Source: Octopus vulgaris
Taxonomy: Eukaryota
Assembly (NCBI GenBank): GCA_951406725.2
Contig: OX597814.1
Coordinates: forward strand, 85,374,001 to 85,438,000
Direction: 5' to 3'
Length of the DNA stretch: 64,000 nucleotides
Part shown: piece after piece, positions 13,646-27,329 of the stretch
Layout: every line of letters starts with the position of its first letter
How positions within the stretch are numbered: the first letter of the stretch is position 1
The notes under the pieces: model-generated
Database searches by the model: none
Told to the model about the DNA's origin: nothing
Seen by the model: the letters and a program-made list of their open reading frames with translations, nothing else
Position numbers and translations under genes: made by a program

Positions 13646-15789
13646 ACACACACACATACATTGTGTATGTGTGTATGTGTATATATATATATATATATCA
13701 CACACACACACATATATATATATACACATCTATATATTATGTGTATGTGTATATGTGCACACACAAAGTAATGGAATGGGCAGTTCAGATAATGGTATAG
13801 TGGTGTGGCAGATGGTAAATGGTGTCAAGGAAACATTCAAAAGAAAAAGAATTTTATTTTACAATTTTGAAGTGTTACATTTTTTGCCAATACATCTCTT
13901 TTATGGGAAGGATCATCTCTAATCCAATGTACATATGAGCACACATTCACAAATTAATATATTCTTTATAGAGATTAAGCAGCTGTATGTATGTGTATTG
14001 AGTGAGTATATATCATTGCTATTATGCAAAAGTGCTGCAGTCTAATTACTGAAATGGGTAAAAGATAAAAAATAAAAGATATATATATATATACAATGGG
14101 TTTCTTTCAGTATCCATCTACCAAATCCACTCACAAGGCTCTGGTTGGCCTGAGACTATAGTAGAAGACACTTGCCCAAGGTGACACACAATGGGACTGA
14201 AACTAGAACCATGTGATGTGGAAGCAAGCTTCTTACCACATTGGCAGAGCTGGTAGATGGTAGATAGAATGCTTTGTGTTATTTTTTCTGACTCTTTCAT
14301 ATTTTATGGAGTCAATAAATAAAGTACCAGTCTGGTACCAAGGTATGTTCTCTTTTAGCTTTAGAAGAAATCAGCTGTGCTTGAACCTAGAGAGGGATGG
14401 ACTCTGATGGATTTAGATGTCCACAACATACTACATATGATACAATCCTTATGACTCCATCAAGAGTTGAAGGCTCAATGAAGGGAAATAGGGAGGTCAT
14501 TCAGTTGTTCATCAACATATGTGATAAAAAATGGTCATGCATGAAAAAGAAAAGAATAATCGGGGAGAAAATAAAAACGATACTATAATGTATTATTAGT
14601 GCTAGTGCCTTGAAAAATCTACTTAGTACACTCTGTAAAGTGGTTAGCATTAGGAAGGGCATCCAGCTGTAGAAACCATGCCAAAGAAGACATTGTAGCT
14701 CAATGCAGTCCTCTGGCCTGTTGGAGGATTGTTGAACAGTTCATTACACGCCAGTATGGAATACAAATGCTAAATAATGATGATGATGACAATGATGATG
14801 ATGAATTCTATTATCGAATGAAGTCCTTAGGAAAAGGACTACATTAGCAATGGAATTCCAAGAAATAATGGTCACAGCTGAAATGCCTTTAATTAAAGGT
14901 TTGCATATTGATAGAGGCGATTGACTATACATGTTCTGATACCCAATATCTTAACAAAATAAGGAATCTCATATGTAGTTACCCAGTCTATTAGAAATAT
15001 TAGCCAAATTTCTAACTACTTCCAAGGATGCTTTAGATAATGTAGTTCTAGATATATGGTTTGAAAATAAAATGAGATGGCCAAAGGTGGAATGCCTTTG
15101 ATCAGAGGTCTGTTTGATTAAGGTTGCTCTGAGGTTAAATATCAGCAGAAAAGAGACACTAAAAGAAATTGAACCTAAGTAAAATTAAGATTTTCTAAAT
15201 TTTTGAGAACATTCCACAGTAACACATCTCACTAAATTAGCTGATTGTTTTGACATTCTCACAGCAAAACAACACTCTAAATAGATTACATTTGTATTGC
15301 TTATTTAGGGGGACACAGAAAGAGGTGTAGTGGAGAAGGTTGAGTGCAAATATTAATAATGTAAAAGAAAGGGATAAAAGATAAAATAAACAAATTATCT
15401 AACTAAAAAAATAAAATATGCAAAATAAGCTAAAGAAAAAAAAAATTAGTAAAAGACAATTAAAAAATAATAGTAATGATAACAATAACATTGTGTAACA
15501 AAATAAAATTCTTTTTTGGTCTTTGGTCAGTAAGTGTTATTTCTATAAATCAAAGGAAATGGTTGTTATTTCCTTCAAACTTTGATTTTGTGACCTGGAC
15601 ATTTTCCATCACATTTCAGACAGATTCAGTACTGGTTGCTGAAGCAGAATATTCTGCTCAATACCACAAATTTGCTAGTCACACGATTGACTATAACCAT
15701 TTGAGCATGTCCCTTAGTGGACTGTAAAGATGGAAAAAATGCTACTAAGTGTTATGTCTGAGGGTTAATGATACCACCAGCTTGCTGTC

Positions 15790-16015
15790 ATAATAATATT
15801 AACCCCTTTTACTATAGGCACAATGCTTGAAATTCTGAGGAGGGGCACTAGTTGATGACTTTGACCCCAGTACTCAACTGGTCCTTATTTCATCAATTCT
15901 GAAAGGATGAAAGGTAAAGTCAACCTCTGCAGATTTTGAACTCAGAATGAAAAGATGGACAAAATACTACTAAGTATTTTGTTTGGTGTGCTAATGATTT
16001 TGTCAGCTTGTTGCT

Positions 16016-16069
<54 letters not shown>

Positions 16070-16098
16070 TTAATAATAATATTAATAATAATAATATC

Positions 16099-16162
<64 letters not shown>

Positions 16163-16420
16163 TTAATAATAATAATAATAATAATAACAATAATAATAAT
16201 AATAATGGTTTCAAATTTTTGCACAAGGCCAACAAGTTTGGGGGTGGGAGTATGTTGACTACATCAACCCCAGTGCTCAACTGTTATTTATTTCATCAAT
16301 CCTGAAAAGATGAAATGCAAAGTTAACCTCAGTGCTATTTAAATTCAGAATATAAAGATGGATGAAAAACTGTGAAGCATTTTACTCAGTCTGCTAACAA
16401 TTCTGCCAGCTCATCACTTT
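15790..16420 (-). mobile_element. Two tandem family-C SINEs separated by ~190 bp of (AAT)n
   Basis: Both copies carry ccccagt.ctcaactg...ttatttcatcaat.ctgaaa.gatgaaa. (AAT)n lies at 16017-16205. Confidence 0.8.
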
Positions 16421-16912
16421 AATAATAATAATGATGATGATGACGATAATGATGATGATGATAATTATGGTACACAAAGATATGTTTGAACCCAGAAACT
16501 ATCCACCACCACTGCTCCATCCAATCCTTAATATCCGCCACCCAACAGACTCCCTACAACTTTCACTCCATCTCCAGGCAAACTGTAATTGACAAGGGAA
16601 AGAAGGAAGTGAAAAGTGACATGAATTTCAAATATTCATATCTACTTCTGAGGTGTGTGTTTCTTTATGTACAACTGTGTGTGTGCATGTGCATGTGTGC
16701 GCCTGCAATGTTGTATGAATGTATATCTGCAAATGAGTGCGTACAATTGTATGTATGTATGCACATGTATATGTGGGAATATGTATGCATGTATATATGT
16801 GGGTGTATATACATACATACAAATGCATGTTTTGGTGTATATGCATTGCATGTATGTATGTACTGAGCATAGGTGATCTAATGTGTGTGTGTGTATGTAT
16901 ATACATATGTCA

Positions 16913-16949
<37 letters not shown>

Positions 16950-17454
16950 TACACACACCCATAATTATTTCTGTATGTACTGTGCCACACAACTGCATGG
17001 GTATGCACATGTAAATATATACGGGAGTATACACAGGTATACATGATCATATAAATGTAAACATAAGGGTATAAGTGTATGTGTGTGGGTACACAATACA
17101 TTGCACGTGCATGTGTATATGTATGCATGTGCATACTTTCATCTATGAAACTAGCACATACACACACACTGTACCTATATATCTCACTTAATACAAAATG
17201 ACACTCTATGTTAATTACAGTTGTGACATGACCCACACTGACATCCCCTTGTGCAGTGATGGTGGTGATGGTATTGAGGGTTAGTGTGTAATAGGTAGTG
17301 ATATGGTGGTATGAGGGTGGTGTTCGGTAATATGAACTGGTATGGAGTGTAGTAGTGCTGTTATTATATTACTGTTTAGTCCCAAGATAGCTCTGATCCA
17401 ATAGACTGTGTGCTTGTTTTATTTCCAGATATATTACATTCAAGACTTTGGTAC

Positions 17455-17778
17455 CCTGGCAATCTGTTGGTTATGACAATGAGTATTCTGGGTGATCTGA
17501 TCAAGGGAACAGCCTCCCTGTGAAATTAGCATGCAAGTGGCTGAACACTCCACAAACATAAGTACCTTTAATGTAGTTCTCCGGGAGATTCGGCATGACA
17601 CGGAGTGTGACAAGGCTGGCCTTTGAAATACAGGTCCTATTCATTTTTGCCAGATGAGTGGAGAAGAGCAATGTGAAATAAAGTTTCTTGCTCAAGGACA
17701 CAATGCACCACTGAAAATTGAACTTGTAACCTTACAACTGTGAGCCAAATACCCAAACCAATAAGCCACATACCTTCA
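17455..17778 (-). mobile_element. tRNA-derived SINE (family B), near full length
   Basis: Reverse head gtgtggcttattggtttggg...gttcaattt, followed by the shared body ccttgagcaagaaactttatttcacattgctc. Confidence 0.8.
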
Positions 17779-18046
17779 CTATACATCTAGGACTACATTT
17801 TTTTAATGTACCCATTTTTTAATGTAAGATAATAGAGTGTCATTTGAGGGAGATTTATTTACTATTTCTTTTTATATATACACTTTTATTTTTGTATGGT
17901 GCTTGGCTGAGTGGTGAAGAATTTTGCTTTGCAATCAGAAGGGCCCAGGTTCAATTTCATTATGTAGTATCTTGGGCAAGAGTATTTATCTACTGTAGAC
18001 TCAAGTTGAACCAAGCCTTGTGAGCGAATTTTCATAGACAAAATAG

Positions 18047-18482
18047 GAGGTGCAGGTGTGACTGTGTGGTTGAGAAGTTTGCTTCCCAACTGCATGGTTC
18101 TGGGTTCAGTCCCAATGCATAGCACCTTGGGAAAGTATCTTCTACTACAGCTCCAGGCCAACCAAATCCTTATGATTGAATTTGTTTGACAGAAACTGTG
18201 TGAAAGCCTACTGTATATATTTGTGCATATGTGTGTGTGTATGTATGTGTGTGTGAGTGTGTGTGTGTGTGTGTGGGTGTTTTTCGTCTATGTTTTTCAG
18301 CCTCACCATTTGTCAACTGGTGTTGGTTTGTTTATGTTCCAGTAACTTAGCAGTTTGACAAAAGAGGCCAATAGAATACCAGTAAAGGAACAAAAGAATA
18401 AGTACTGTGGTTGATTTGTTCAACTAATACCCTTGAAAGTGGTAGCCCAGCATGGCTGCTGTCCAAGTAAAAGATAAAAGAC
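18047..18482 (+). mobile_element. tRNA-derived SINE (family A) with internal (TG)n
   Basis: ggtgcaggtgtgactgtgtggttgagaag...gggttcagtccc...gcaccttggg. A truncated copy precedes it at ~17895-18045. Confidence 0.85.
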
Positions 18483-18647
18483 AAAATTATTCATGTGTCC
18501 TAGCATGGCTACAGCTTCAGGCAGAAACCAATCAAAGAATAGAATGTAGTGGGGAATCTCATCTTTGGCAACATGATAACCAGCTTACTTATGATTTAAG
18601 CTGTGCCAACCATGACCGTCCCATCTCCTTGTGCATCAGGAAGTATA

Positions 18648-18999
18648 GTGGAGGTGCATGGTTAGGGTGTCAGCATTATGATTGTAAAATTGTGGTTTCG
18701 ATTCCTGGACCAGGTGATGCATTGTGTTCTTGAGCAAAACACTTCATTTCACATTTCTCCAAAAAAAAGGCGGCGAGCTGGCAGAATTGTTAGCACACCA
18801 AGCGAAATTCTTAGCAGTATTTCGTCTGCCGCTACGTTCTGAGTTCAAATTCCACCAAGGTTGGCTTAGCCTTTCATCCTTTCAGGGTCGATTAAATAAG
18901 TACCAGTTACGCACTGGGGTCGATGTAATCGACTTAATCCTTTTGTCTGTCCTTGTTTGTCCCCTTTATGTTTAGCGTCTTGTGAGCAATAAAGAAATA
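18648..18999 (+). mobile_element. Chimeric SINE (family B head + A-run + full family C copy) with one TSD
   Basis: aggaagtata at 18638-18647 and 19000-19009 flanks the composite. The family C part keeps CpGs and a Nin/Deu-like core gcctttcatcctttcagggtcgattaaataagtaccag. Confidence 0.8.
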
Positions 19000-19031
19000 A
19001 GGAAGTATATTGTTTAATGTGTCCTTGTTTG

Positions 19032-19245
19032 AACCCTTTAGCATTCAGATTATTCTGTCAAATGTTATGATTATTTATTAACATTGCTTTGAATTAATCA
19101 TGCATTATCTCATAGCTTTGAGATTTTGATAATGTGATTGTTTATTTTTAGAATAATAATGTAGAGTAGGTGGAAAAGGCCAGATCTGACCAGTTTGAAC
19201 ATAGAACAGGTAGAATATTTGGGCCAGATATGGCAATGCTAAGCT
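19032..19245 (+). mobile_element. TTAA-type (piggyBac-like) MITE, family D
   Basis: ccctttagcatt...aatgctaa termini. Other copies at ~23581-23800, 30512-30620, 35533-35763, 42481-42706, 46096-46315, 51087-51248 and 63431-63660. Confidence 0.8.
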
Positions 19246-19460
19246 GTAAAATGAGGGAGATTTGGCAGCTATTTCTAGCAGGTTGAGCAACTATGTACAA
19301 ACCACAGTGCTAGTAAGTTCTAACAATAACTGAAATGTAGAGAACAAAGTAGACTTGCTTATATTTATCTCTAGCAGTGTATATCTCAGCACAGTGTTTG
19401 GAGTTAATGCGTTAATGATGTTGTTGATCTTAACCATACAACAGCTCCATAAGAGAAGAA

Positions 19461-19856
19461 AAGTGTTTACTAAATAGCATAAACTATATCCCTAGTTATT
19501 GTTTAGTCCCAGATCAACTTGATTGAGCAGACACATGACCAAAGGAATTCTGACATAAGTATCTCATATATTTAATGGGATATCTAGGTCCAATCTTTAA
19601 GTATTTACTCAGTAGCATAAACTATAACCAAGTTATTGTTTAGGGATATCAAACTGATAGAGCAGTCATATGACCAAAAGAGTTCCAACAATAACCATCC
19701 CGTATATTTAGTGGAGTATTTGGTTCAATCCTTTAAGAAAAGTATTTACTCAGGAGCATAAACTATATCCCTAGTTGTTGTTTAGTCCTAGGTCAATCTG
19801 ATTGAAGTCTTATCACCAAAGGAGTTCTGACTATAACCATCCTATATATTTAGGGT
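19461..19856. repeat. Three tandem ~139-bp units
   Basis: aagt(g/a)tttact...agcataaactata starts at ~19461, ~19599 and ~19740. Confidence 0.9.
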
Positions 19857-20218
19857 GGCCTATGTGCCTCAATGACCATGAGAACCATACCAGTGGGGTG
19901 CATATTCCAGGTAGGGTTTTCTATACCAGAGAGGTGAAAGGAGAGGTGCCAAACTAACATGGAGTACCTCTTCCCAGACATAAAAATAGGGTTGCATGGG
20001 GCCAGTACCATTACAAAGCAGTGATGATAATTCACAACCAACAAGACTTGAGAGAAGATGGCATTACCCTAGAGAAACATATGTGAGATACTGAAGCTGA
20101 GCAGAAAAAGCAAAGATTCAACTAGAAAGGAACAGAAAAGATAGCCCACAGTTGAGAACAGTAGAGAAAAATTGTTGATGGCCTATGCTCCATTGTGAGT
20201 GAAGGGTTGAAGTAGTAC
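19855..20218 (+). mobile_element. Short bipartite RTE-derived non-autonomous retroelement
   Basis: The 5' part resembles RTE 5' UTRs as I recall them (gcctcaatgaccatgaga...ggtaggg...ccagagagg). The 3' part ends gttgatggcctatgctcc...gtgaagggttgaagtagta, like RTE tails. It interrupts the third tandem unit. Confidence 0.5.
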
Positions 20219-20929
20219 TAGTGTGTATTTAGGATCAATCTATCCTTTCCTTTCTTTAAAAGAATGGGGTGTGTGATTTAAGTGAAATTTGGTTGTTATT
20301 TCTAGCAAGTTGAGTAACCACCAGATGCTTCCTCATTAGTCAGAATAGACAAGTGTCTTGTACTAATGACTACTATCAAAGCAGACAACAGTAACACACT
20401 TCCACATTACAGTTGGAAAGTATGTTTTTCTGGCTTCACAAACCATGAACAATTACAGAATTATTTAAATTTATGTCATTGGCCCACTAGAGTCATTCCC
20501 CTCAGCTCATTTTAGATAATTATGAAAATTATAGCCTTGGAATGACCAAAGTTCTGCGAATGGATTTGGTAGAGAGAAACTGAAACAAGCCTATTATACG
20601 TGTGTGTGTGTATGTTACTGTGTGTTTGTGTGTGTGTGTGTGTGTTACTGTGTCTTTGCCTGGAAACTTGTGAGTGACATTATAATGCAAATGGTGTCCT
20701 TTGTTTCCAATCTTGTGTGAAAACATGTCTGGTCATGGAGAAATATTATCTTATTTGGAAATAAGTAGGGGCTGGCAACAAGAAGGGCTTCCAGCAGTGG
20801 AAAATCTGCCTCAACAAATTCCATTCAACCCATGCAAGTATGGAAAAGCAACATTGAAAATATATTTTTCTGATGCGTATATATTTTGATGAAGAATATA
20901 TTTTTCTAATACCTCTGAAACATGTCTGT

Positions 20930-21570
20930 AGATGTTACCCCAGTGCTCAAGTAGTATTTATTTCATCAACACTGAAAAGATGAAAAGCAAAGATGACCTC
21001 AGTGGAATGTGTACTCAGAATGTAAAGCACCAAAGACATGTAGTTAAGAATTTTGTCCAAAGTGGTCATGATTCTGTTAGCCTTAATAATAATAAATATT
21101 ATTTAATAATAATAATAATAATATTTTCTACTATAGGCATAAGGCCTGAAATTTTAGGGTTGTGTAAGTTGATAACATTGACCCCAGTGCTTGACTGGTA
21201 CTTATTTCATCAACTCTGAAAGGATAAAAGACAATGTTGACCTCTGTGGAATTTGAACTTAGAAAGAAAAAGTGGAATAAATATTGCTAAGCATTTTGTC
21301 CAGCGTGCTAACAATTCTGACAGCTTACTGGCTTGAATATAATAATGATAATAATTCTTCCAACAATAGGCACAGGGTCTGAAATTTTAGGGGAGAGGAG
21401 TAATTGATTACATCAAACCCAGTGCTTAACTGGTACTTGTTTCATTGACTCTGAAAGGATAAAAGGCAAAGCTAACCTCAGCAGAATTTGAACTCAGATC
21501 ATATAGAGCTGAAAGAAAAGCTTCTAAGAAATTTGTCCAGCATGGTAATGTTTCTGCCAAGGTTAGCATC
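20930..21570 (-). mobile_element. Three tandem family-C SINEs separated by short AAT tracts
   Basis: cccagtgct...tatttcat..ac.ctgaaa.gat.aaa is repeated at ~20938, ~21183 and ~21418. Confidence 0.85.
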
Positions 21571-22125
21571 TTAATGATGATGATAGTGATAATAACAACA
21601 ACAATAACTAATAAAAACTCACTGTAATTATTGGAAAGCAGTATGTGTTAAGTATAATGAGTTAGGTGCTAAACTTAAATCAAAGATGCATAAGCCTCAC
21701 TAAAAAGGGTTCTACCTTGTCGAAAAAGGGTGACAGCCTAGTATAGGATTGGATGGAGGGTGTGAATGTAATTCTACAAAGCATGACAATATCTTCTTTC
21801 TAATTTCCAATCTCCAAATAGTTTGGTGTGAGGAATGTGTGGAAACTAACAAGAACTTGTCGAAAACCAACAAACTGCTTATCTTTTTGTCGACTAGATC
21901 TTATCTTAGACACTATGTATACACCTGCTTCGATATGAATTCAGGTGTATATATATATATATAAGGTAACATAACATTTTCTTAAATGTGTGTGATTTAT
22001 ATATATATATATATATGAGGACATGCATCTGTGTTTTGAATGTATGTATGTATGTATGTATGTATGTGTGTATGTATGCATGTGTGTGTATGTGTGTATA
22101 CAAATATACTTGTAAAAACATATAT

Positions 22126-22540
22126 AGAGGTGCAAGTGTGATAGTGGCAAGAAGTTTGCTTCACAACCACATGGTTTCAGGTTCAGTCCCACTGCATAGC
22201 ACCCTGGGTATGTGTCTTCTACTATAGCCCTGGGCTGACCAGAGTCTTGTAGATGGATTTAGAAGACAGAAACTGAAAGAAGCCCATACATGTATGTGCA
22301 CATGCATGTGTGTGTATGTGTGTGTGTATTTGCATGCTTGTGGTTGACCCATAACACTACTTGACAACCGGGGTCTGTCTATTTACATTTCAGTAACTTA
22401 GTGGTTCAGCAAAAAGTGACTGAATAAGTATCAGGCTTTAAAAAAAAAAGTATAGGAGTCAATTTGTTTGACTAAACTTTTGAAGGTGGTGTCCCAGCAT
22501 GGCCACAGTCTAATGACTGAAACAAAGATAAAAGAAAAAA
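22126..22540 (+). mobile_element. tRNA-derived SINE (family A), full length
   Basis: Head, internal (TG)n and 3' end ccagcatggccacagtctaatgactgaaacaaagataaaaga. Confidence 0.85.
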
Positions 22541-23844
22541 TATAAGCGATATCTATCTATATATAATTGTATATACACACACGCTTATACATACACACAC
22601 ACACACGTTTATATACATATACATGTATATACACACACACACACACAAATATATATTTATGTATACATGTGTGTGTATGGGTGTGTGTATATATATATTT
22701 ATATATATATATTGAGACTGAACAGAATCTATTACATATATTGAGTACTTTTACTCCTGTTTTATAACACACTCATAAATAAGTTATAAGTGAATGCAGA
22801 TGTAAACAAATGCAAAGAAACACATGTATAAACACATATACAATATATATATATAAAATTGCACATACATAACATAGTCTTCCTACCATACAGCCACACT
22901 GTTTTGTTTATAAGCTGATTTGCTGCAGAATAGCATTTGGGATAGCTCCCTGGACAACGCTGAGTTGTAAATAGATATCTTAATGTGGATCAAATTCAGA
23001 AGTAGTAGATACCTATTTTTCAATAATCTACAATATTGGCGAAGTATCATTAAAGGTTAATGTACTGTAACTTTTTAATCAAAACTTTACTTTGTAGGTG
23101 GATGTCAATAACTTGTGAAACTTTTCAGCTCACAATGATGTCACTGATGACATACCCTCTCTGTCTCTCTCAATTTCTTTGGACCCAATGTAGTTGTAAT
23201 GTCTGGAGTTGCATTTATCTTAAAGTTTGCAAGCAATGATCAGGTTTTTTCTTCTTTTTTTTCTGTACTGTATGAACAAATACTATTTTTATGTAATGTC
23301 TGAATTTCACCTACATGTAGGAGTGTAACATGACTAGCATAATTACTTGTACATTACTTTAAAAAATAAAATGCTGATATTTTTTAGTTTTCATTTTATT
23401 TACCTGTAATCATGTTCAACACTTTTATATTTTACATAAAACCAAATAAAAAAAATGACACACATGTACTTCAGCATTACCATCATCATTTTTTAATGTT
23501 CGTTTTCCCTGCTAGTATGGGGTGGAAGATTTGACAGGAACAGACAGGTCAGAAGACTACACCAAGCTCTACTGTCTGCTTTAACACTCTAGCATTTAAA
23601 CTGGTCATATCTAGCACAAATATTCTACCTTGTTCTACATTTGAACAGGTCGGATTTGGCCTCTCTTGCATACTTTATGATATCATTTTCAACATAAACA
23701 TTGAAATCTTAAAACTGTGAAACAATGCATGATTAATTCAAAACAATGTGAATCAATAAGCATTATATTTAGTAGAGTATTCTGAATTTTAGAGAGTTAA
23801 ACAAGACATCATAGGTGAAGACTGATACCTTACCTTTCTGGTGG

Positions 23845-24040
23845 TATTATGTATGAAAAAAATTGTTAAATATTATATAAAACTGTATTATGAAATGTGA
23901 ATGAATATTGTGTTTAAACATGATTCACATCCTAAATTGTCTCATTTTAAGGATGTAAATATAGAAAACCCCCCACCAAAATCTGAAATCTGCAACACTT
24001 TTGGTCCCAGGAATTTCAAACAGAAGATTCTCAACTATCA
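23845..24040 (+). mobile_element. pogo/Tigger4 (Zombi/MER46)-like 3' fragment
   Basis: aaaatctgaaatctgcaacacttttggtcccaggaatttc...gattctcaact resembles the Tigger4/MER46 right end as I recall it. Confidence 0.6.
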
Positions 24041-26259
24041 GCCCAGGGCATGGAATTGGTAGAAATCAGTAGAGTATCAAATAAGATGAGGTTTGGTATT
24101 AGCTGTGGCTCTTTATGTTCTAAGTTATGCATAGTGGGCTAAACCTGTCACTAGATGTAGTACGATCACTTGGTCCTTGTAAATCTTCAGTGGAAGTTAC
24201 TCTTTTGCAAGCATTCATGCAAACAGGTCTCCAATTTGAGGATAATTTCTGCCTTTCCTCTCAGCAGTCTTGAAGGCCCTGAGAGAAATAAAGGGTCTCT
24301 CTGATTAAATTGTTGTAAAAGTTATGTTAAACATGAAGGAACCATGATGTAGGAGGGGACCAAATGTGGCAGAACAAGCCCAGTGGAAACACTATAACTT
24401 GTTTAACCAAACATGGACACTGCTCTACTTCACTGTCTTAATCTTTCATCCCACATCACCTCTTTCTCTCTCTCTTTCTATCCTTCTAACCTTTTCTCTT
24501 AATTGCTTATTCTGCCAACTTTTAGAGGCAATGTAATTGAGGAGATAAAGTATTGCAAAGCTAACTGATAGATTACGAGCTCAAATCTGCTTCAGTAGTT
24601 ACATAGTTTGTGAGCAGAATATTTTATTCTATAATGTCCACCAAGCTTTACTGAGTAATCTCCAATAGACTAGCATCATCTCCAGAAGTAATAATACTCT
24701 TCCATTTAAAACTACAGAAGCTAGCTGAGACTGAGCTCTCATACTCAGGAAATACTCCAAAAGTCACTAAAAGCCTCAGCTGTCTTCCATTTCTGTTTGT
24801 CATTCATATCACTATCAACAAAACTCACTATCTTTCTTAATCTCTCTCTACTTTTCTTTCTCAACTTTTGTTATTCCTTACCAATTTCTCACCACTTTTT
24901 TTGTTCTCTTTTTCTTTTCTATCTTTGACTACTTTTCTTATATATATACTGTCACAACCTTATTCTCCATCTCTCTGTGTGTCTCTCTCTTTCAATTTCT
25001 TTTTTCCTCACTTTCTCTTGTCTTCTCACCATCACATGTACCTTCCTCAATTTTTCCTCTTGTTTCAACTCAGTTACTATTATTACCATTATTATTCTTG
25101 CTTCCACTTCCTCCTCCTTTTCACATACAGCCAGGTGTCCCCCATCAAACTGCAATATATACACCGTCGAGGTGTCATCAAACATTCTGCTCACCTCCCC
25201 CCTCACAAAGTTCTTCCCTTCCCCCACAATTATCTCTGTTTTACTGACATACATCACTCCGTGCACCGCACATGTACACACACACACACACTCACACACA
25301 CATACACACACACACACAGAGACTTCTACACACAATACTGAAAATCCTTCTTAATTCTTTGTTGATAAATAAGCAATGGGGTAGGTAGGGTTTGAATTTG
25401 CAGTGTGTAAAATTAGCCACCTGAAGAATGATGAAGACAACAGCAGATAGAGGGAAGAGTACAGAGAGTCAACCAGATACTCAGCCAACTCTTGTCATGT
25501 CACGTCACATCAACACCATGGAAGGTAAAAAAAAAAAAATCAACAACAAAAGCTAACAAAAAACACAAAAAATACAAATGATACAAGAATTTAATTTTCC
25601 CCTTCAAAATATTGCAGTTTCACAAACATCTTCCAATACTTATTATTATCTGTTAACAGAAAAATGGGCAATAGATAGGTAATTGGAAATGTTCTAATAG
25701 ATTTTGTTGGCGGAATGGAATAGAGTGTGACGGGAAAGTAAGTGTTGGCAGGTTGGTGAAGGACTTGAACATTTTTCTTCTTGTTCTTTCTATTCAGAAT
25801 TATTTTTTTTTCTGAAAATATTTTTTTTGCCAACATTATCTTATCCTTAAACAATATAATAATCATGGATCTATCTACAATATCTGTTCCAATTTAGCAA
25901 ATACATATAGAAAAACAACAAATACAGACAAACTATGTATGTATGTAAAGAAACAAAACAGGCAAAGAAACAAAACAGGCAAAGAAACAAATGATGTGTG
26001 GGGGGAGGGGGGATGATTGGGGAATAAAGTGAAAATGAAAACAGGTTGGTGATTAAACTCTATTGATGTTGGAACTGTATTTGTCACCTCACTGTACTTG
26101 TTGATGATGTGTCTGTGTGAGATTCTTAACAACAGACATACCATTTTCTATTCGATCTTATCACCGACGTGATGACGGATTAGTATTGATTACACATGCC
26201 ATTATATTATCCTTACCATTATTGTTGTTGTTTTGCTGTGTTATAATATCTTTTCCTCT

Positions 26260-26316
26260 ATAATAATAATAATAATAATAATAATGATAATAATAATAAT
26301 AATATTAATAATAATG

Positions 26317-26369
<53 letters not shown>

Positions 26370-26420
26370 TATTATTATTATTATAATTATAATTATTATT
26401 ATTATTGTTATTATTTTTAT
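26260..26420. repeat. (AAT)n switching to (ATT)n
   Basis: Strand switch at ~26368. Confidence 0.95.
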
Positions 26421-26939
26421 CAATATCATTTATAATTATTGTTATCGTCATCATCATTGCATTGATATTTGTTTATGAATGCTGAGCTCTTTCTTCACAC
26501 AGATATGTTGTTGTCACACCCTATTGCTAGCCCTTCCTTGTAAACACTTATCTTACAATTCAATTCAATACAAAACAATACAAAAGAATAGAAAACACTG
26601 GAAACCAACATAAGTATCACATCAGATAAAAATATTGTTTAATAAATATGGGAACATGTACAATTATATATGCTCGCTTTAATTGTTTTAGTGATACTGC
26701 CATTTGTATATATAGAGAAATACTTATCTTCTGAAGATTAAGAATTGATGCTCCTCCTACCAGAATAACACTGAAGCTGAAAGCATTTGACAAGAGATAT
26801 GCTAACAATATTTCCTTTTGCAATACTGTATGCCACATGCTTGACGCAAATGCTTTGACAGTGGTTATTATATAAGGCAGCCAATAGAAATGAAAATACA
26901 CATGGAAAAAGCACACATAGACACACACACACAACAGTT

Positions 26940-26945
26940 GTATAT

Positions 26946-26984
<39 letters not shown>

Positions 26985-27107
26985 CACACATGCATATATA
27001 TACATACATATATATACATGCATATATATACATACATACATATATATACAAGCATATATATACATATATATACATGCATATATATATACATACATATATA
27101 TACATGC

Positions 27108-27138
<31 letters not shown>

Positions 27139-27282
27139 CATATACATACATTCATATATATACATACATATATATACATGCATATATATACATACATACA
27201 TATATATATACATACATACATACATATATATATACATACATATATATATATACATACTTATATACCCATACATATATATGCA

Positions 27283-27315
<33 letters not shown>
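26940..27315. repeat. (TA)n/(TACA)n/ATGC compound microsatellite
   Basis: Directly visible, with recurring tatatacatgcatatata units. Confidence 0.95.
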
Positions 27316-27329
27316 CCTTTGCAGGACCA

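Noticed and set aside
15955-16305. ORF with an apparent signal peptide followed by poly-Asn
   Set aside because: Consists of antisense SINE sequence on either side of an (AAT)n tract.
23123-23143. bantam-like sequence on the minus strand (tgacatcattgtgagctga)
   Set aside because: Mismatch in the seed and no complementary arm nearby.
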